A model generated the notes under the pieces. It was not told where the DNA came from. It saw nothing but the letters and a program-made list of their open reading frames with translations, and did not search any database. A program made the translations under genes and the position numbers. Shown here piece after piece: positions 1-9,584 of a DNA stretch of 64,000 nt (its first letter is position 1; each line of letters begins with the position of its first letter). The DNA is from Vulcanimicrobiota bacterium. Lineage in GTDB: Bacteria; Vulcanimicrobiota; Vulcanimicrobiia; Eremiobacterales; Eremiobacteraceae. The stretch spans positions 160,001-224,000 of the forward strand of contig CAWDVP010000002.1 of NCBI GenBank assembly GCA_963805945.1. Reading direction: 5' to 3'.

Positions 1-1346
1 GTCACCAGCACGCGTTCGCCGGACGCAGCGCGTTTGCGGATCTCCTCCATGAGGTCGTCGACCTGACCCTTGGTCGGCCGCAGCTCGATCTGCGGATCCA
101 CCAGGCCGGTGGGGCGGATGATCTGCTCGACGACCTGCGTCGAATGCTTGCGCTCGTATTCGCCCAGTGTGGCGGACACGTAGACGACCTGATTGAGGTG
201 CTTGTCGAACTCCTCGAAGGTGAGCGGCCGGTTGTCGATCGCGGACGGCAGCCGGAAGCCGTACTCGACGAGCGCCTCTTTGCGCGAGCGATCGCCCTGG
301 TACATGCCGTGCACCTGCGGCAGCGTCACGTGCGACTCGTCGACGAACAGCAGCCAATCATCCGGGAAGAAGTCGAGCAGGCAGAAAGGCGTCTGTCCGG
401 GCGCGCGGCCGGTGAGGTGGCGCGAGTAGTTCTCGATGCCGTTGCAGTAGCCGAGCTCGCGCAGCATCTCGATGTCGTTGCGCGTGCGCAGCTCGAGCCG
501 CTGCGCCTCCAGCAGCTTGCCCTCGTGCCGGAAGAACGCGAGGCGCTCCTCGAGCTCGGCCTCGATGCTGCGCACCGCGCGCAGCAGCTTCTCCTCCGGC
601 GTGATGAAGTGCTTGGCGGGGAAGATCGTCAGCTCGTCGAGATCCTCGAGCAGTTCGCCGGTCACCTGATTGACGCGGGTGATGTGCTCGATGGTGTCGC
701 CGAAGAAATCGAGACGCGTCACGATCTCGTCGTCGACCGCGATGAACTCGAGGACGTCACCACGTACGCGGAAGGTGCCCCGCACCATGGCGAGGTCGTT
801 GCGCGTGTACTGCATGTCCACCAGCTTGCGCAGCAGCTTGTCGCGGTCGTAGTCCGCGCCGCGGCGCAGGCTCAGCGCCATCTCCATGTAGTCCGACGGC
901 GAGCCCAAGCCGAAGATGCACGACACCGAGGCGACGATGATCGTGTCGCGCCGCGTCAGCAGCGATTGCGTGGCGGAGTGCCGCAGGCGTTCGATCTCCT
1001 CGTTGATCGAGGAGTCCTTCTCGATGTACGTGTCCGAGGACGGGATGTACGCCTCGGGCTGGTAGTAGTCGAAGTACGACACGAAATACTCGACCGCGTT
1101 GTTGGGGAAGAACTCTTTGAACTCACCGCACAGCTGAGCGGCCAGCGTCTTGTTGTGGCTGAGCACGAGCGTCGGCTTGCGCGCGCGTTCGATGGTCCAG
1201 GCCATGGTCGCGGTCTTGCCGCTGCCGGTCACGCCGAGCAGCGCCTGCGCGCGGTCGCCGCGCGCGATGCCGTCGCTGAGGGCGGCGATCGCCTCCGGCT
1301 GGTCGCCCGAAGGCGCGAAAGGGGCTTCGACTTTGAATTCCGGCAT
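1..1346 (-). CDS. uvrB: Excinuclease ABC subunit B (5' part; runs off the window start)
   Basis: Manual reverse translation from ATG at 1346 gives [21 protein letters not shown]...[10 protein letters not shown] (Walker A), [23 protein letters not shown] and [12 protein letters not shown], all UvrB signatures. Absent from the ORF track because it has no stop in the window. Confidence 0.97.
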   Translation of the reverse strand, partial: MPEFKVEAPFAPSGDQPEAIAALSDGIARGDRAQALLGVTGSGKTATMAWTIERARKPTLVLSHNKTLAAQLCGEFKEFFPNNAVEYFVSYFDYYQPEAYIPSSDTYIEKDSSINEEIERLRHSATQSLLTRRDTIIVASVSCIFGLGSPSDYMEMALSLRRGADYDRDKLLRKLVDMQYTRNDLAMVRGTFRVRGDVLEFIAVDDEIVTRLDFFGDTIEHITRVNQVTGELLEDLDELTIFPAKHFITPEEKLLRAVRSIEAELEERLAFFRHEGKLLEAQRLELRTRNDIEMLRELGYCNGIENYSRHLTGRAPGQTPFCLLDFFPDDWLLFVDESHVTLPQVHGMYQGDRSRKEALVEYGFRLPSAIDNRPLTFEEFDKHLNQVVYVSATLGEYERKHSTQVVEQIIRPTGLVDPQIELRPTKGQVDDLMEEIRKRAASGERVLV

Positions 1347-1451
1347 GGTACCTTTATCTCACCCGAGGGGGGCGCCGGAGGGTCTTCGGAGAACATCATC
1401 CGGGGCCTCCGGGCCCGTTTGTATCAGCATCGCTGTCAGGAGACCGCTGTT

Positions 1452-2531
1452 ATGGCTACGGCAAAACCGGTCCTCTTCTCCGGCAATTCCAATCGCGCGC
1501 TTGCCGTCGAGATCGCACACGTCATGGGCACGCACGTCGGCAAAGCGTTGGTGACCACGTTCGCCAACGAGGAATGCCGCATCGAGATCCACGAGAACGT
1601 GCGCGGCGCCGACGCGTTCGTCATCCAATCGATATCCAAGCAGCCCGACCTTGGGCGCTCCGTCAACGATTCGCTCATGGAGATGCTGCTGATGATCGAC
1701 GCGCTGCGGCGCGCGTCGGCGTATCGCATCACCGCCGTCATCCCGTACTACGGCTACGCCAAGCAGGACAAGAAGACCAAAGGCCGCGAGCCCATCTCGG
1801 CCAAGCTGGTCGCCAACATGCTCACCACCGCCGGCGCGCAGCGCATCTTGACGGTGGACCTGCACGCGGCGCAGATCCAAGGTTTCTTCGACGAGCCGGT
1901 GGACAACCTCACCGCGAGCTTCATCCTCGCCAACTATCTCATCAACACAAAGAAGATGCGCGGCGGCAACATCGTCGTCGTCTCGCCGGACGCCGGCGGC
2001 GTGGCGCGCGCCGAGGCCTTCGCGAAGAAGCTCCAAGCATCGGTGGCGATCGTGTTCAAGCGCCGGCCGCGCCCGGACGTGAACGAGGTGAGCGAGGTCG
2101 TCGGCGACATGAAGGGCAAGACCGCGGTCATCATCGACGACATGATCTCGACCGGCGGCACACTCGTCAAAGCGTCGGAGGCGCTGCTCGAGCGCGGTGC
2201 GACCTCGGTCATCACCTGCGCCACGCACGGCATCTTCGCCGCCGGCGCGGCGCAGAAGCTCATCGACTCGCCGATCACCGAGATCGTCGTCACCAACACG
2301 ATCCCCGTGCCCGAAGAGATCCGCGGGGACAAGATCAAGGTGCTCTCGGTCGCGCGCATGCTCGCCGAGACGGTGCGACGCATCTCCGCGAACCGTTCGG
2401 TGTCCGAGCTGTACAACGAACAAGAGGACTGGCTCGCGAACGCCGATGCGGTCGTGCCGAACAGCTCGCTTTTCGATCAACCGCCGGCGGCGAGCGAAAC
2501 GGCCGTGCCGGTCATCGCAGGCAAGAAATAG
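1452..2531 (+). CDS. prs: Ribose-phosphate pyrophosphokinase
   Basis: MATAKPVLFSGNSN..., PYYGYAKQDKK, VSPDAGG, IIDDMISTGGT. Real start is ATG 1452; the upstream part of ORF 144..2531 is antisense to uvrB. Confidence 0.97.
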   Translation: MATAKPVLFSGNSNRALAVEIAHVMGTHVGKALVTTFANEECRIEIHENVRGADAFVIQSISKQPDLGRSVNDSLMEMLLMIDALRRASAYRITAVIPYYGYAKQDKKTKGREPISAKLVANMLTTAGAQRILTVDLHAAQIQGFFDEPVDNLTASFILANYLINTKKMRGGNIVVVSPDAGGVARAEAFAKKLQASVAIVFKRRPRPDVNEVSEVVGDMKGKTAVIIDDMISTGGTLVKASEALLERGATSVITCATHGIFAAGAAQKLIDSPITEIVVTNTIPVPEEIRGDKIKVLSVARMLAETVRRISANRSVSELYNEQEDWLANADAVVPNSSLFDQPPAASETAVPVIAGKK

Positions 2532-2537
2532 ATGTGT

Positions 2538-2562
2538 CGGTCGAATAAATTCGACCGCTCCA
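2538..2562 (-). repeat. REP-like palindrome, family A (TGGAG-CGGTCGAA-TTTA-TTCGACCG)
   Basis: CGGTCGAATAAATTCGACCGCTCCA; near-identical copies at 8667, 43341, 49167 and 57314. Confidence 0.85.
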
Positions 2563-2578
2563 TACGCAGAAAGGCAAC

Positions 2579-3232
2579 ATGGATACCATAACCATTGCCG
2601 CTAAACCCCGGTCGGAGACCGGGAGTCATGCGGTCAGCAGACTGCGGCGCGACGGCAAGGTGCCCGGCGTCGTCTACGGTCACGAATTCACCAGCCCTCT
2701 GCCGATCGTCATCGAGAGCCGCGATCTGCGCAGCGCGCTGGCGGGCCACAACATCAACTCGGTGTTCACGCTCGAGATCGAAGGGCGCGGCGCGACGCCG
2801 GTCATGATCCACGAGCGCCAGCTCGACGTGGTGAGCCACCGTCTGCTGCACATCGACCTCTACGCGGTGAACCTGACCGAAGCGGTCGAGGCGAGCGTCA
2901 CGGTCGTCGCGGTCGGCAACGCGCCAGGCGTCAAGGAAGGCGGCGTGCTTGATATCGTGCTGCGTGAGATCGCGGTCGAAGCGCTGCCCGGCCAGATCCC
3001 AGAGCAGATCGAGGTCGACGTGAGCGAGCTCAACATCGGCGACAACATCCACGTCCGCGAGTTGAAGGTGCCCGAGGGCGTCACCATCGTCGAGGACGAG
3101 AACGATATCGTGCTGTCGGTGCTCGCGCCGTCGAAGGCCGAAGAGGAAGTGCCTGTCGCGGCGGTCGCGGAGCTGGCGCAGCCGGAGCTGGTGGGCGAGA
3201 AGAAGCCGGAAGAGGAAGTCGAGGAGTCGTAA
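2579..3232 (+). CDS. rplY: 50S ribosomal protein L25 / general stress protein Ctc
   Basis: RLRRDGKVPGVVYG, HIDLY, GVKEGGVL, acidic tail; canonical prs-rplY-pth order. Confidence 0.96.
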   Translation: MDTITIAAKPRSETGSHAVSRLRRDGKVPGVVYGHEFTSPLPIVIESRDLRSALAGHNINSVFTLEIEGRGATPVMIHERQLDVVSHRLLHIDLYAVNLTEAVEASVTVVAVGNAPGVKEGGVLDIVLREIAVEALPGQIPEQIEVDVSELNIGDNIHVRELKVPEGVTIVEDENDIVLSVLAPSKAEEEVPVAAVAELAQPELVGEKKPEEEVEES

Positions 3233-3272
3233 CGCGGATACTTCCAACGCCGCACGCGCGCCCCGGACCCGC

Positions 3273-3848
3273 TTGGTCGTCGGACTCGGCAATCCGGGGC
3301 GTTCGTATGTCCGGACGAGGCACAACGTCGGTTTTCGGGTGATCGAGGCGCTCGCGCAGCGGCATGCAGCCTCGGCGTGGCGCACGAAGTTCGATGCGCG
3401 GACGACGCAGCTGCCGGAGTCCGGCGCGATCCTCGCCATGCCGCATACCTACATGAACGCGTCCGGCGAGAGCGTCGGGCCGCTCGCCGCGTTCTACAAG
3501 ATCCCTGTGGAAGACATCGTGGTCGTGTGCGACGACGTCAATCTGCCGTTCGGGCGGCTGCGCATGCGGCGCAGCGGCAGCGACGGCGGCCACAACGGAC
3601 TGAAGTCGATCATCGAAGCGCTCGGGTCCATAGGCTTCCCGCGACTGCGCGTCGGCGTCGGCCGCGATGACGGCGACCTCATCGACCACGTCATCAGCGC
3701 CTTCACGCCCGAAGAGGAGGCCGCGCTCGGCGAGATCATCGACCGCGGCGTGGCCGGGGTCGAGACGTTCCTCGACGCCGGGATCGAAGCCGCGATCGCG
3801 CTCGTCAACGCCGCGGGAGGCGGCCTCCCCGACGACGAGCAGCCATGA
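3273..3848 (+). CDS. pth: Peptidyl-tRNA hydrolase
   Basis: VGLGNPG..TRHNVGF, TYMNASG, GGHNGLKSI, FPRLRVGVG. Confidence 0.96.
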   Translation: MVVGLGNPGRSYVRTRHNVGFRVIEALAQRHAASAWRTKFDARTTQLPESGAILAMPHTYMNASGESVGPLAAFYKIPVEDIVVVCDDVNLPFGRLRMRRSGSDGGHNGLKSIIEALGSIGFPRLRVGVGRDDGDLIDHVISAFTPEEEAALGEIIDRGVAGVETFLDAGIEAAIALVNAAGGGLPDDEQP

Positions 3849-3869
3849 CTTGATAGGAGTCCTACGAGG

Positions 3870-5222
3870 ATGAAAGCGCTACCGACCGTCGCCGAGCGCA
3901 AGGCGGCGGGCAGACTGATCCGGCGTGACGTGCCGCGCGCCAGCCACGCCGCGTGGAAGCCTGCGCCGTCGCGCCCCGATCCGTTGAGCTTGCTGCGCAG
4001 CCAGAACAAGACGCGCGTGCCCGCGCTCGTGCCGATCAGGTACTGGCGGATGCTGCAGTCGCCGTTCACCTTCTTCCGCGGCGCGGCCGCGATCATGGCG
4101 GCGGATCTGGCCGGCACGCCGAACACCGGCATCGCCGTGCAGGCGTGCGGCGACTGCCATCTCATGAACTTCGGCGCGTATGCCACCGAGGAGCGCAACT
4201 TCGTCTTCGACATCTGCGATTTCGACGAGACGCTCCGCGCGCCGTGGGAGTGGGACGTCAAACGGCTTGCAGCGAGCTTCATCGTCGCCGGACGGGATAT
4301 CGAGCTCACAGAGCGGCAGTGCCTTGACGCCGTGGCCGTCGGTGTTAGCGCGTATCGCGAGCGCATGTCGGCGTACGCGAACATGACCGGTCTCGGGGTC
4401 TGGTACTCGCGGCTCGACGTCGACGCCATCCCGCAGCAGGCATTGGCCGACGGCAAGAAGGCGCGCGCGCGTTTCGCGCGGATGGCTGAAAAGCTACGAG
4501 CGCGCGCGCAAGAAGCCGATTTCAACAAACTGGCGGAGTTCCTCGACGGACGGCCTCGCTTCATCGACAACCCGCCCGGCGTCCACCATCCTTCGGGCAT
4601 GCCGGGCACCGGACGGGCCATCCGCGCCGAGCTCGAAGCGTATCGCCATTCGTTGCGCGACGACCTGCGCGTGCTCTTCGACCGCTACGAGGTCTTCGAC
4701 GTGGCGGTCAAAGTGGTGGGCGTCGGCAGCGTCGGCACCCGCTGCGCTATCGTGCTGCTCATGGCGCGGGAGGACGATCCGCTCATCTTGCAAGTCAAAG
4801 AGGCCGGCGCGTCGGTGCTCGAAGCCTACGCCAAGCCGAGCGGCTTCACGAATCAAGGAGAGCGCGTCGTCAACGGCCAGCGCATCATGCAGACGGCGAG
4901 CGACATGCTGCTCGGTTGGACCGCCTACAACGGCCGGGACTATTACATCCGCCAACTGCGCGACATGAAATCCTCGGTGGTGGTCGAGGCGATGGACCCG
5001 CTCGACCTCGCGGAGTACGCCCGCGTGTGCGGCATGACGCTCGCGCGCGCGCACGCGCGGTCCGGCGACCCGGCGCTCCTGAGCGGCTACCTCGGCAACG
5101 GCGATGCCTTCGATCTGGCGATCGCGGATTTCGCGGTCGCGTATGCGGATCAGAACCAACGCGATTTCGCGCAGCTCAGGGCGGGGGTGCGCGCGAAGAA
5201 GATACGGATCGAGAAGGGCTAG
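3870..5222 (+). CDS. DUF2252 family protein (kinase-like fold)
   Basis: RMLQSPFTFFRGAAAIMAADL, CGDCHLMNFG, FDICDFDE, KVVGVGSVGTR, LARAHARSGD. Confidence 0.9.
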   Translation: MKALPTVAERKAAGRLIRRDVPRASHAAWKPAPSRPDPLSLLRSQNKTRVPALVPIRYWRMLQSPFTFFRGAAAIMAADLAGTPNTGIAVQACGDCHLMNFGAYATEERNFVFDICDFDETLRAPWEWDVKRLAASFIVAGRDIELTERQCLDAVAVGVSAYRERMSAYANMTGLGVWYSRLDVDAIPQQALADGKKARARFARMAEKLRARAQEADFNKLAEFLDGRPRFIDNPPGVHHPSGMPGTGRAIRAELEAYRHSLRDDLRVLFDRYEVFDVAVKVVGVGSVGTRCAIVLLMAREDDPLILQVKEAGASVLEAYAKPSGFTNQGERVVNGQRIMQTASDMLLGWTAYNGRDYYIRQLRDMKSSVVVEAMDPLDLAEYARVCGMTLARAHARSGDPALLSGYLGNGDAFDLAIADFAVAYADQNQRDFAQLRAGVRAKKIRIEKG

Positions 5223-5237
5223 GGCGCGGGAGGCAGG

Positions 5238-5807
5238 CTACCCGATTCGACGGCTGCCTGGATCCGCGAGCGGCACGCCGTCGCGGCACAGCGGGCACTG
5301 CTCCGGCGGATAATCGGCGAGCGGCAGATCGAGCAGCGCGGTCACCGGCAGCGAGAGCGCGGGCTTGCCGCGTTTGACCACCGCGCCCACGGCGACGACG
5401 CGTGCCCCGAGCGCCTCGACCACCGCGATGACCTCGGCGGTGGACTTGCCCGTCGTCATGACGTCCTCGACGACAGCCACGCGTTCGCCGGGTGACAGCG
5501 TGAAGCCGCGGCGCAGCGTCGGCACACCCGCTTCCTTCTCCACGAAGATGTCGCGCGCGCCGAGATGCTTGGCGACCACGTATCCCGGGATGATGCCGCC
5601 GACGGCGGCGCTGACGACGACACTCGCCTGCGCCGGTCGGAGCAGCTCGGCGAGAGCGCCGCAGACCGCCTCCGCGGTCGGCGGATCCTCGAAGATGCGG
5701 AACTTCTGGATGAACCGGTCGCTGTGCAGCCCGGACGAGAGCGCGAAGTGCCCTGTGAGCATCGCCCCGCGGCGCTCGAGCAGGGCGAGCACATCCGACT
5801 TCGTCAA
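5238..5807 (-). CDS. pyrE: Orotate phosphoribosyltransferase
   Basis: GHFALSSGLHS, VVEDVMTTGKS PRPP motif; TTG start overlaps the pyrF stop. Confidence 0.93.
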   Translation of the reverse strand: MTKSDVLALLERRGAMLTGHFALSSGLHSDRFIQKFRIFEDPPTAEAVCGALAELLRPAQASVVVSAAVGGIIPGYVVAKHLGARDIFVEKEAGVPTLRRGFTLSPGERVAVVEDVMTTGKSTAEVIAVVEALGARVVAVGAVVKRGKPALSLPVTALLDLPLADYPPEQCPLCRDGVPLADPGSRRIG

Positions 5808-6529
5808 ACCTGGACGTTTCCGAAGGTCTTCACCGATGCCAGCTCCGCCAGGATGGCGCCCGCCGCGCGGCCTGGATCCGGCGCGGCGGTGATCGGCCGG
5901 CCGACCACGATGTAGTCCGCGCCCGCGAGCACCGCGTCCGCCGGCGCGGCTACTCTGCGCTGGTCGCCCGCCGCCTGGCCGCTCGGACGGATGCCGGGGC
6001 AGACGATCGTGAACCCGTCGCCGGCGCGCGCGCGGACGATCGCCGCCTCTTCCACCGCGCACACCGCGCCGTCGATGCCGGCTTCCAGCGCGAGCTCGGC
6101 GCGCATGCTGACGAGCTGGTGCGGCGTGCGGTCTTCGCCCGCCGCCACAAGATCTTCTTTAGACAAGCTGGTGAGCACGGTGACCGCGAGCAGGCGCATC
6201 GCGCCGCCCTCGGCGTTGGCCTCGTCGCGCGCCTGTGCTGCGGCTTCCATCATAGCCCGGCCGCCCGAGGCGTGCAGGGTCAGCATGGCTGGGCGGAAGC
6301 GCTTGGCGGCGCGCACCGCCGCGGCGACGGTGTTGGGGATGTCGTGCAGTTTGAGATCGAGGAACAGCGACGCGCCGCGCTCGTGCAGAGCCTCGATGAT
6401 CTTCTCGCCGTACGCGTAGTACGCCTGATAGCCGACCTTATACCACCGCACCACGGGCGCGGTCTTCTCCACCACCGCGAGCGCTTCGTCGGCGCTCGGC
6501 TCGTCGAGCGCGACGATCAGTTCCGTCAT
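5804..6529 (-). CDS. pyrF: Orotidine-5'-phosphate decarboxylase
   Basis: LIVALD, FLDLKLHDIPNTV, AVTVLTS, PGIRP, VVGRPIT. Confidence 0.96.
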   Translation of the reverse strand: MTELIVALDEPSADEALAVVEKTAPVVRWYKVGYQAYYAYGEKIIEALHERGASLFLDLKLHDIPNTVAAAVRAAKRFRPAMLTLHASGGRAMMEAAAQARDEANAEGGAMRLLAVTVLTSLSKEDLVAAGEDRTPHQLVSMRAELALEAGIDGAVCAVEEAAIVRARAGDGFTIVCPGIRPSGQAAGDQRRVAAPADAVLAGADYIVVGRPITAAPDPGRAAGAILAELASVKTFGNVQV

Positions 6530-7527
6530 GTGCGTGCTCCTTGCGCCGAGGGGCGCCGATCGCCGGGCCAACGCTCGCCCGCGTAGCCCGGATTTGCAAG
6601 ACCCGTGAGAGCGCGGACGCTGGCGAAGCCGCGGCGCGCAGCTTCGGCGACGATCGCGGCGCCGACGTGCACCGCGACGTTGGGATCGCGGAAGTTCGCC
6701 GTGCCGATCGAGACCGCGGTCGCGCCGGCGAGCATCAGCTCGAGCGCATCGTTGCCGGTCTCCACGCCGCCCATCCCTATGATCGGGATGGTGACGGTCT
6801 GCGCGACCTCCCACACCTGATAGACCGCGACGGGCCGGATCGCCGGACCGGTGAGACCGCCGGTGCCGTTGGCGAGCGTCGGGCGAGCGCGCTCCACGTC
6901 GATCGCCATGGCGCGCAGCGAGTTGATGAGCGAGATGGCGTCGGCGCCCGCCTCCTGGGCGGCTCGCGCGATCGGGCGGATGTCGGTGACGTTCGGCGTG
7001 AGCTTCGCGATGAGAGGCAGCGAGACACGGCGTTTCACCGCGGCGACGACCGCGTCGGTCGCCCGCGCGTCGACCGCGAAGCACTCGCCTTCGCTATCGA
7101 CGTTCGGGCACGAGACGTCGAGCTCGATCGCGACGAGGCCGGGTAAGCCGTCCATGCGCGCCGCCACCTCTACGAACTCGCCCACCGTGAAGCCGGCGAC
7201 GCTGGCGATGACCTTGGTCGGCACCTCGGGCAGCTTGGGCGCCTCATGTTCCACAAAGTATTCGATGCCGGGCCCCTGCAGGCCGATCGCATTGAGCATG
7301 CCCGCCGGCGTGAGCGCGATGCGCGGCATGAGATTGCCGAGCCGCGGCTCGCGGGTGATGCTCTTGAGCGTGATCGCGCCATACGCGGCGACGTCAATGA
7401 TGCGGCCGAACTCCGCGCCGCGGTTGTAGCAGCCGCTCGCCGCGATCAACGGGTTCGCCAGCGTCACGCGACCGATGTCGACCGATCTGTCCGGCGCTTT
7501 GGCGGCGCCGTTGCGCTCGCCGCTCAC
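6526..7527 (-). CDS. pyrD: Dihydroorotate dehydrogenase 1B, catalytic subunit
   Basis: NPLIAASG, GMLNAIGL, ELDVSCPNV, KLTPNVTDI, GGLTGPAIRP; GTG start overlaps the pyrK stop. Confidence 0.94.
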   Translation of the reverse strand: MSGERNGAAKAPDRSVDIGRVTLANPLIAASGCYNRGAEFGRIIDVAAYGAITLKSITREPRLGNLMPRIALTPAGMLNAIGLQGPGIEYFVEHEAPKLPEVPTKVIASVAGFTVGEFVEVAARMDGLPGLVAIELDVSCPNVDSEGECFAVDARATDAVVAAVKRRVSLPLIAKLTPNVTDIRPIARAAQEAGADAISLINSLRAMAIDVERARPTLANGTGGLTGPAIRPVAVYQVWEVAQTVTIPIIGMGGVETGNDALELMLAGATAVSIGTANFRDPNVAVHVGAAIVAEAARRGFASVRALTGLANPGYAGERWPGDRRPSAQGART

Positions 7528-8357
7528 GCGTAGGCCTCCGGCCACAGCACGTCGTCGCTGCGGAACACGGTGCCGTCGATGCAGACGCGCGCGTAGTCGT
7601 TGCTGCGCGAGTCGCGCGGCGCCGGCGGGTAGCCCGTCGCCGGCCCGCTGCCGCGGCGTACCGGGACGACGCACCCCCAGCACGTGCCCATCGAGCAGCC
7701 GAACGTCTCTTCCATAGATATCTCGCACGCGGTGCCGCTCGTCGCGGCATGTCCGCACAGGGCGCGCAGCATGCCGGGCGGACCGCAGCCGTAGATGATG
7801 TCGAAGGCGGGCTGCGCACGCACCAGGTCGAGCACGCTGCCGCGTTCACCCTCGCTGCCGTCGTCCGTGCAGACGGTCAACGGCACGCCGAGCTCGCGCA
7901 GCTCGCGCGCGCCGACGAGCATGCCCTTCGCGCGGGCGCCGAGGATCGCGGTGACTGTGACGCCGGCGTGCAGCAGCTCGCGCGCCAGCAGCCAGAACGG
8001 CACGACGCCGATGCCGCCTGCGGCGATCAGCGCGCGCGTACCTCGCACGGGGATGGTGAACCTGTTCCCGAGCGGCCCGATGCACGACACGCCGGTCCCG
8101 ACGCTCAGGCGCGACAGGCGGCGCGTGCGGTCGCCCCATTCCCTGAACAGCAGCGTGAACTCGTCCGCCTTCGTGGTCCAGACCCCGAGCGGCAGGCGGA
8201 CCGAGAATACACCGGGGACGTCGATCGCCACGTACTGGGCGGCTCCGGCCTCGGCGGCGATCCCGGCCGCGCGGAACCCCAGACACCAAAAACCGGGAGC
8301 GACGTGCTCCCGGCTTATCAAAGTGGCTGTTTCGAGCAGCGGCGTCTGCGATGCCAT
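7524..8357 (-). CDS. pyrK: Dihydroorotate dehydrogenase electron-transfer subunit
   Basis: GPLGN, AGGIGVVP, YGCGP, CSMGTCWGC...VCIDGTVF [2Fe-2S] motif; directly upstream of pyrD. Confidence 0.9.
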   Translation of the reverse strand: MASQTPLLETATLISREHVAPGFWCLGFRAAGIAAEAGAAQYVAIDVPGVFSVRLPLGVWTTKADEFTLLFREWGDRTRRLSRLSVGTGVSCIGPLGNRFTIPVRGTRALIAAGGIGVVPFWLLARELLHAGVTVTAILGARAKGMLVGARELRELGVPLTVCTDDGSEGERGSVLDLVRAQPAFDIIYGCGPPGMLRALCGHAATSGTACEISMEETFGCSMGTCWGCVVPVRRGSGPATGYPPAPRDSRSNDYARVCIDGTVFRSDDVLWPEAYA

Positions 8358-8504
8358 CTCCTCGGTGCTTCGCCCCGCTTGACGGTCGACCCTCGAAAAG
8401 TGACGTGCGTCATCATATCTATGACACAGCCGCCGGGACGTCTCAGTCGAACTTTTGACGGGCATTATCCGTATATCTATTGGGGGGAAGCACTGGAGCG
8501 GACC

Positions 8505-8654
8505 ATGCAAGGAATACTGATCTTCAACACTCTCGCCGAGGCGGTCGCCAGCGGCTTCGAAGTGTTCGACCGCACCGCCGACGGCTATCTCGTGCGCAAG
8601 CGCACCGAGCGCGGCTGGGCCATCGCGCTGGCGCGCCAGAAGAACGCCGCCTAA
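8505..8654 (+). CDS. 49-aa small hypothetical protein (MQGILIFNTLAEAVASGFEVFDRTADGYLVRKRTERGWAIALARQKNAA)
   Basis: GGAG RBS just upstream of ATG 8505; high-GC3 codon usage; fills an intergenic gap divergent from pyrK. Confidence 0.75.
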   Translation: MQGILIFNTLAEAVASGFEVFDRTADGYLVRKRTERGWAIALARQKNAA

Positions 8655-8666
8655 GAACGCCCCTGA

Positions 8667-8691
8667 CGGTCGAATGAATTCGACCGCTCCA
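8667..8691 (-). repeat. REP-like palindrome, family A
   Basis: CGGTCGAATGAATTCGACCGCTCCA. Confidence 0.85.
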
Positions 8692-8834
8692 GATCTGGGG
8701 CCATAAAGCGAATCGAGGCGGACCTTGGTCTGCCTCGATCTCTTTTTGGACGCCGTGTCGCGCGGGGTGCACTGCGCAGCGCGGCGTCTGTCCGTTATAA
8801 CGCCCTTCGTCCCCGAAAGGTTTCTCCGGCTTCT

Positions 8835-9584
8835 CTAAGGATGCGACGTCCCGCCGGGGATCTGCAGATCGTACGTCACGCCGACGCTCGCGCTCATGTG
8901 TCCGGTCCCCGCAGCCAGCGGCGGCGGCGGCGCGGCGTCCATGCGCATCATCGGCGCGGCTGCCATCGGCGCGGCGATGCTGCTGCCGAAGTTGATCGAG
9001 CGGACGTTGCCCAGTCGCACGCCGGCCGCCGCCGCCGCGATCGACGCCAGGTCGTGCGCCTGCTTGACCGCGCGCTGTAGCGCCTGCTTGTAGAGCGCGT
9101 CGGCTTGACTGGTGTCGAAGGACAGGCCGTATGTCTGATTCGCGCCAGCCCGCAAGCCGGCGTCGAGCGCCGCGCCGGCCTTGTCGACCGACGTCTTCAC
9201 CGCGATGCTTTCTGACGCCACGAACGCCGCCTTCACAGTGTCGGTCGATTGGCGGTAATAGAGATTGTAGTTCTTCGTCTGGATGTCGCCGGCAGGTATG
9301 CCGAGCGACTTGAGCGCCGCGATCACCGCGTTCGCACGGCCGTTGAGGTCGGCGGTGGCGGCGCCGGCGCTTGCGCCCTCGGTGTTGACGCCCAACGTCA
9401 CATACGCGACGTCCGGCGTGTAGTCGACCTCGCCGGTCGCCTGCACGGTGACGCTCGCCATATTGTGCATCGCCATCATCGTCATCATGCTCGTGGGCAT
9501 GGTGTCGGCGGCGACCGGAGCGGCGATGCTCCCGGCTGCCGCGACGACGACCGCACATGCTGCGAGCCTCAAAGCGTTACGCAT
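8835..9584 (-). CDS. SIMPL (DUF541/YggE-like) secreted protein
   Basis: Signal peptide; VTVQATGEVDYTPDVAYVTLGV, DIQTKNYNL, ALQRAVKQAHDLASIAAAAAGVRLG. Confidence 0.85.
   Translation of the reverse strand: MRNALRLAACAVVVAAAGSIAAPVAADTMPTSMMTMMAMHNMASVTVQATGEVDYTPDVAYVTLGVNTEGASAGAATADLNGRANAVIAALKSLGIPAGDIQTKNYNLYYRQSTDTVKAAFVASESIAVKTSVDKAGAALDAGLRAGANQTYGLSFDTSQADALYKQALQRAVKQAHDLASIAAAAAGVRLGNVRSINFGSSIAAPMAAAPMMRMDAAPPPPLAAGTGHMSASVGVTYDLQIPGGTSHP

Noticed and set aside
144..1451. Apparent 436-aa N-terminal extension on Prs (795-aa ORF)
   Set aside because: It is the stop-free antisense frame of uvrB; Prs homology starts at ATG 1452.
8358..8504. PyrR-type attenuator upstream of pyrK
   Set aside because: I found no AGUCC..GAGG binding loop or U-tailed terminator on the minus strand.
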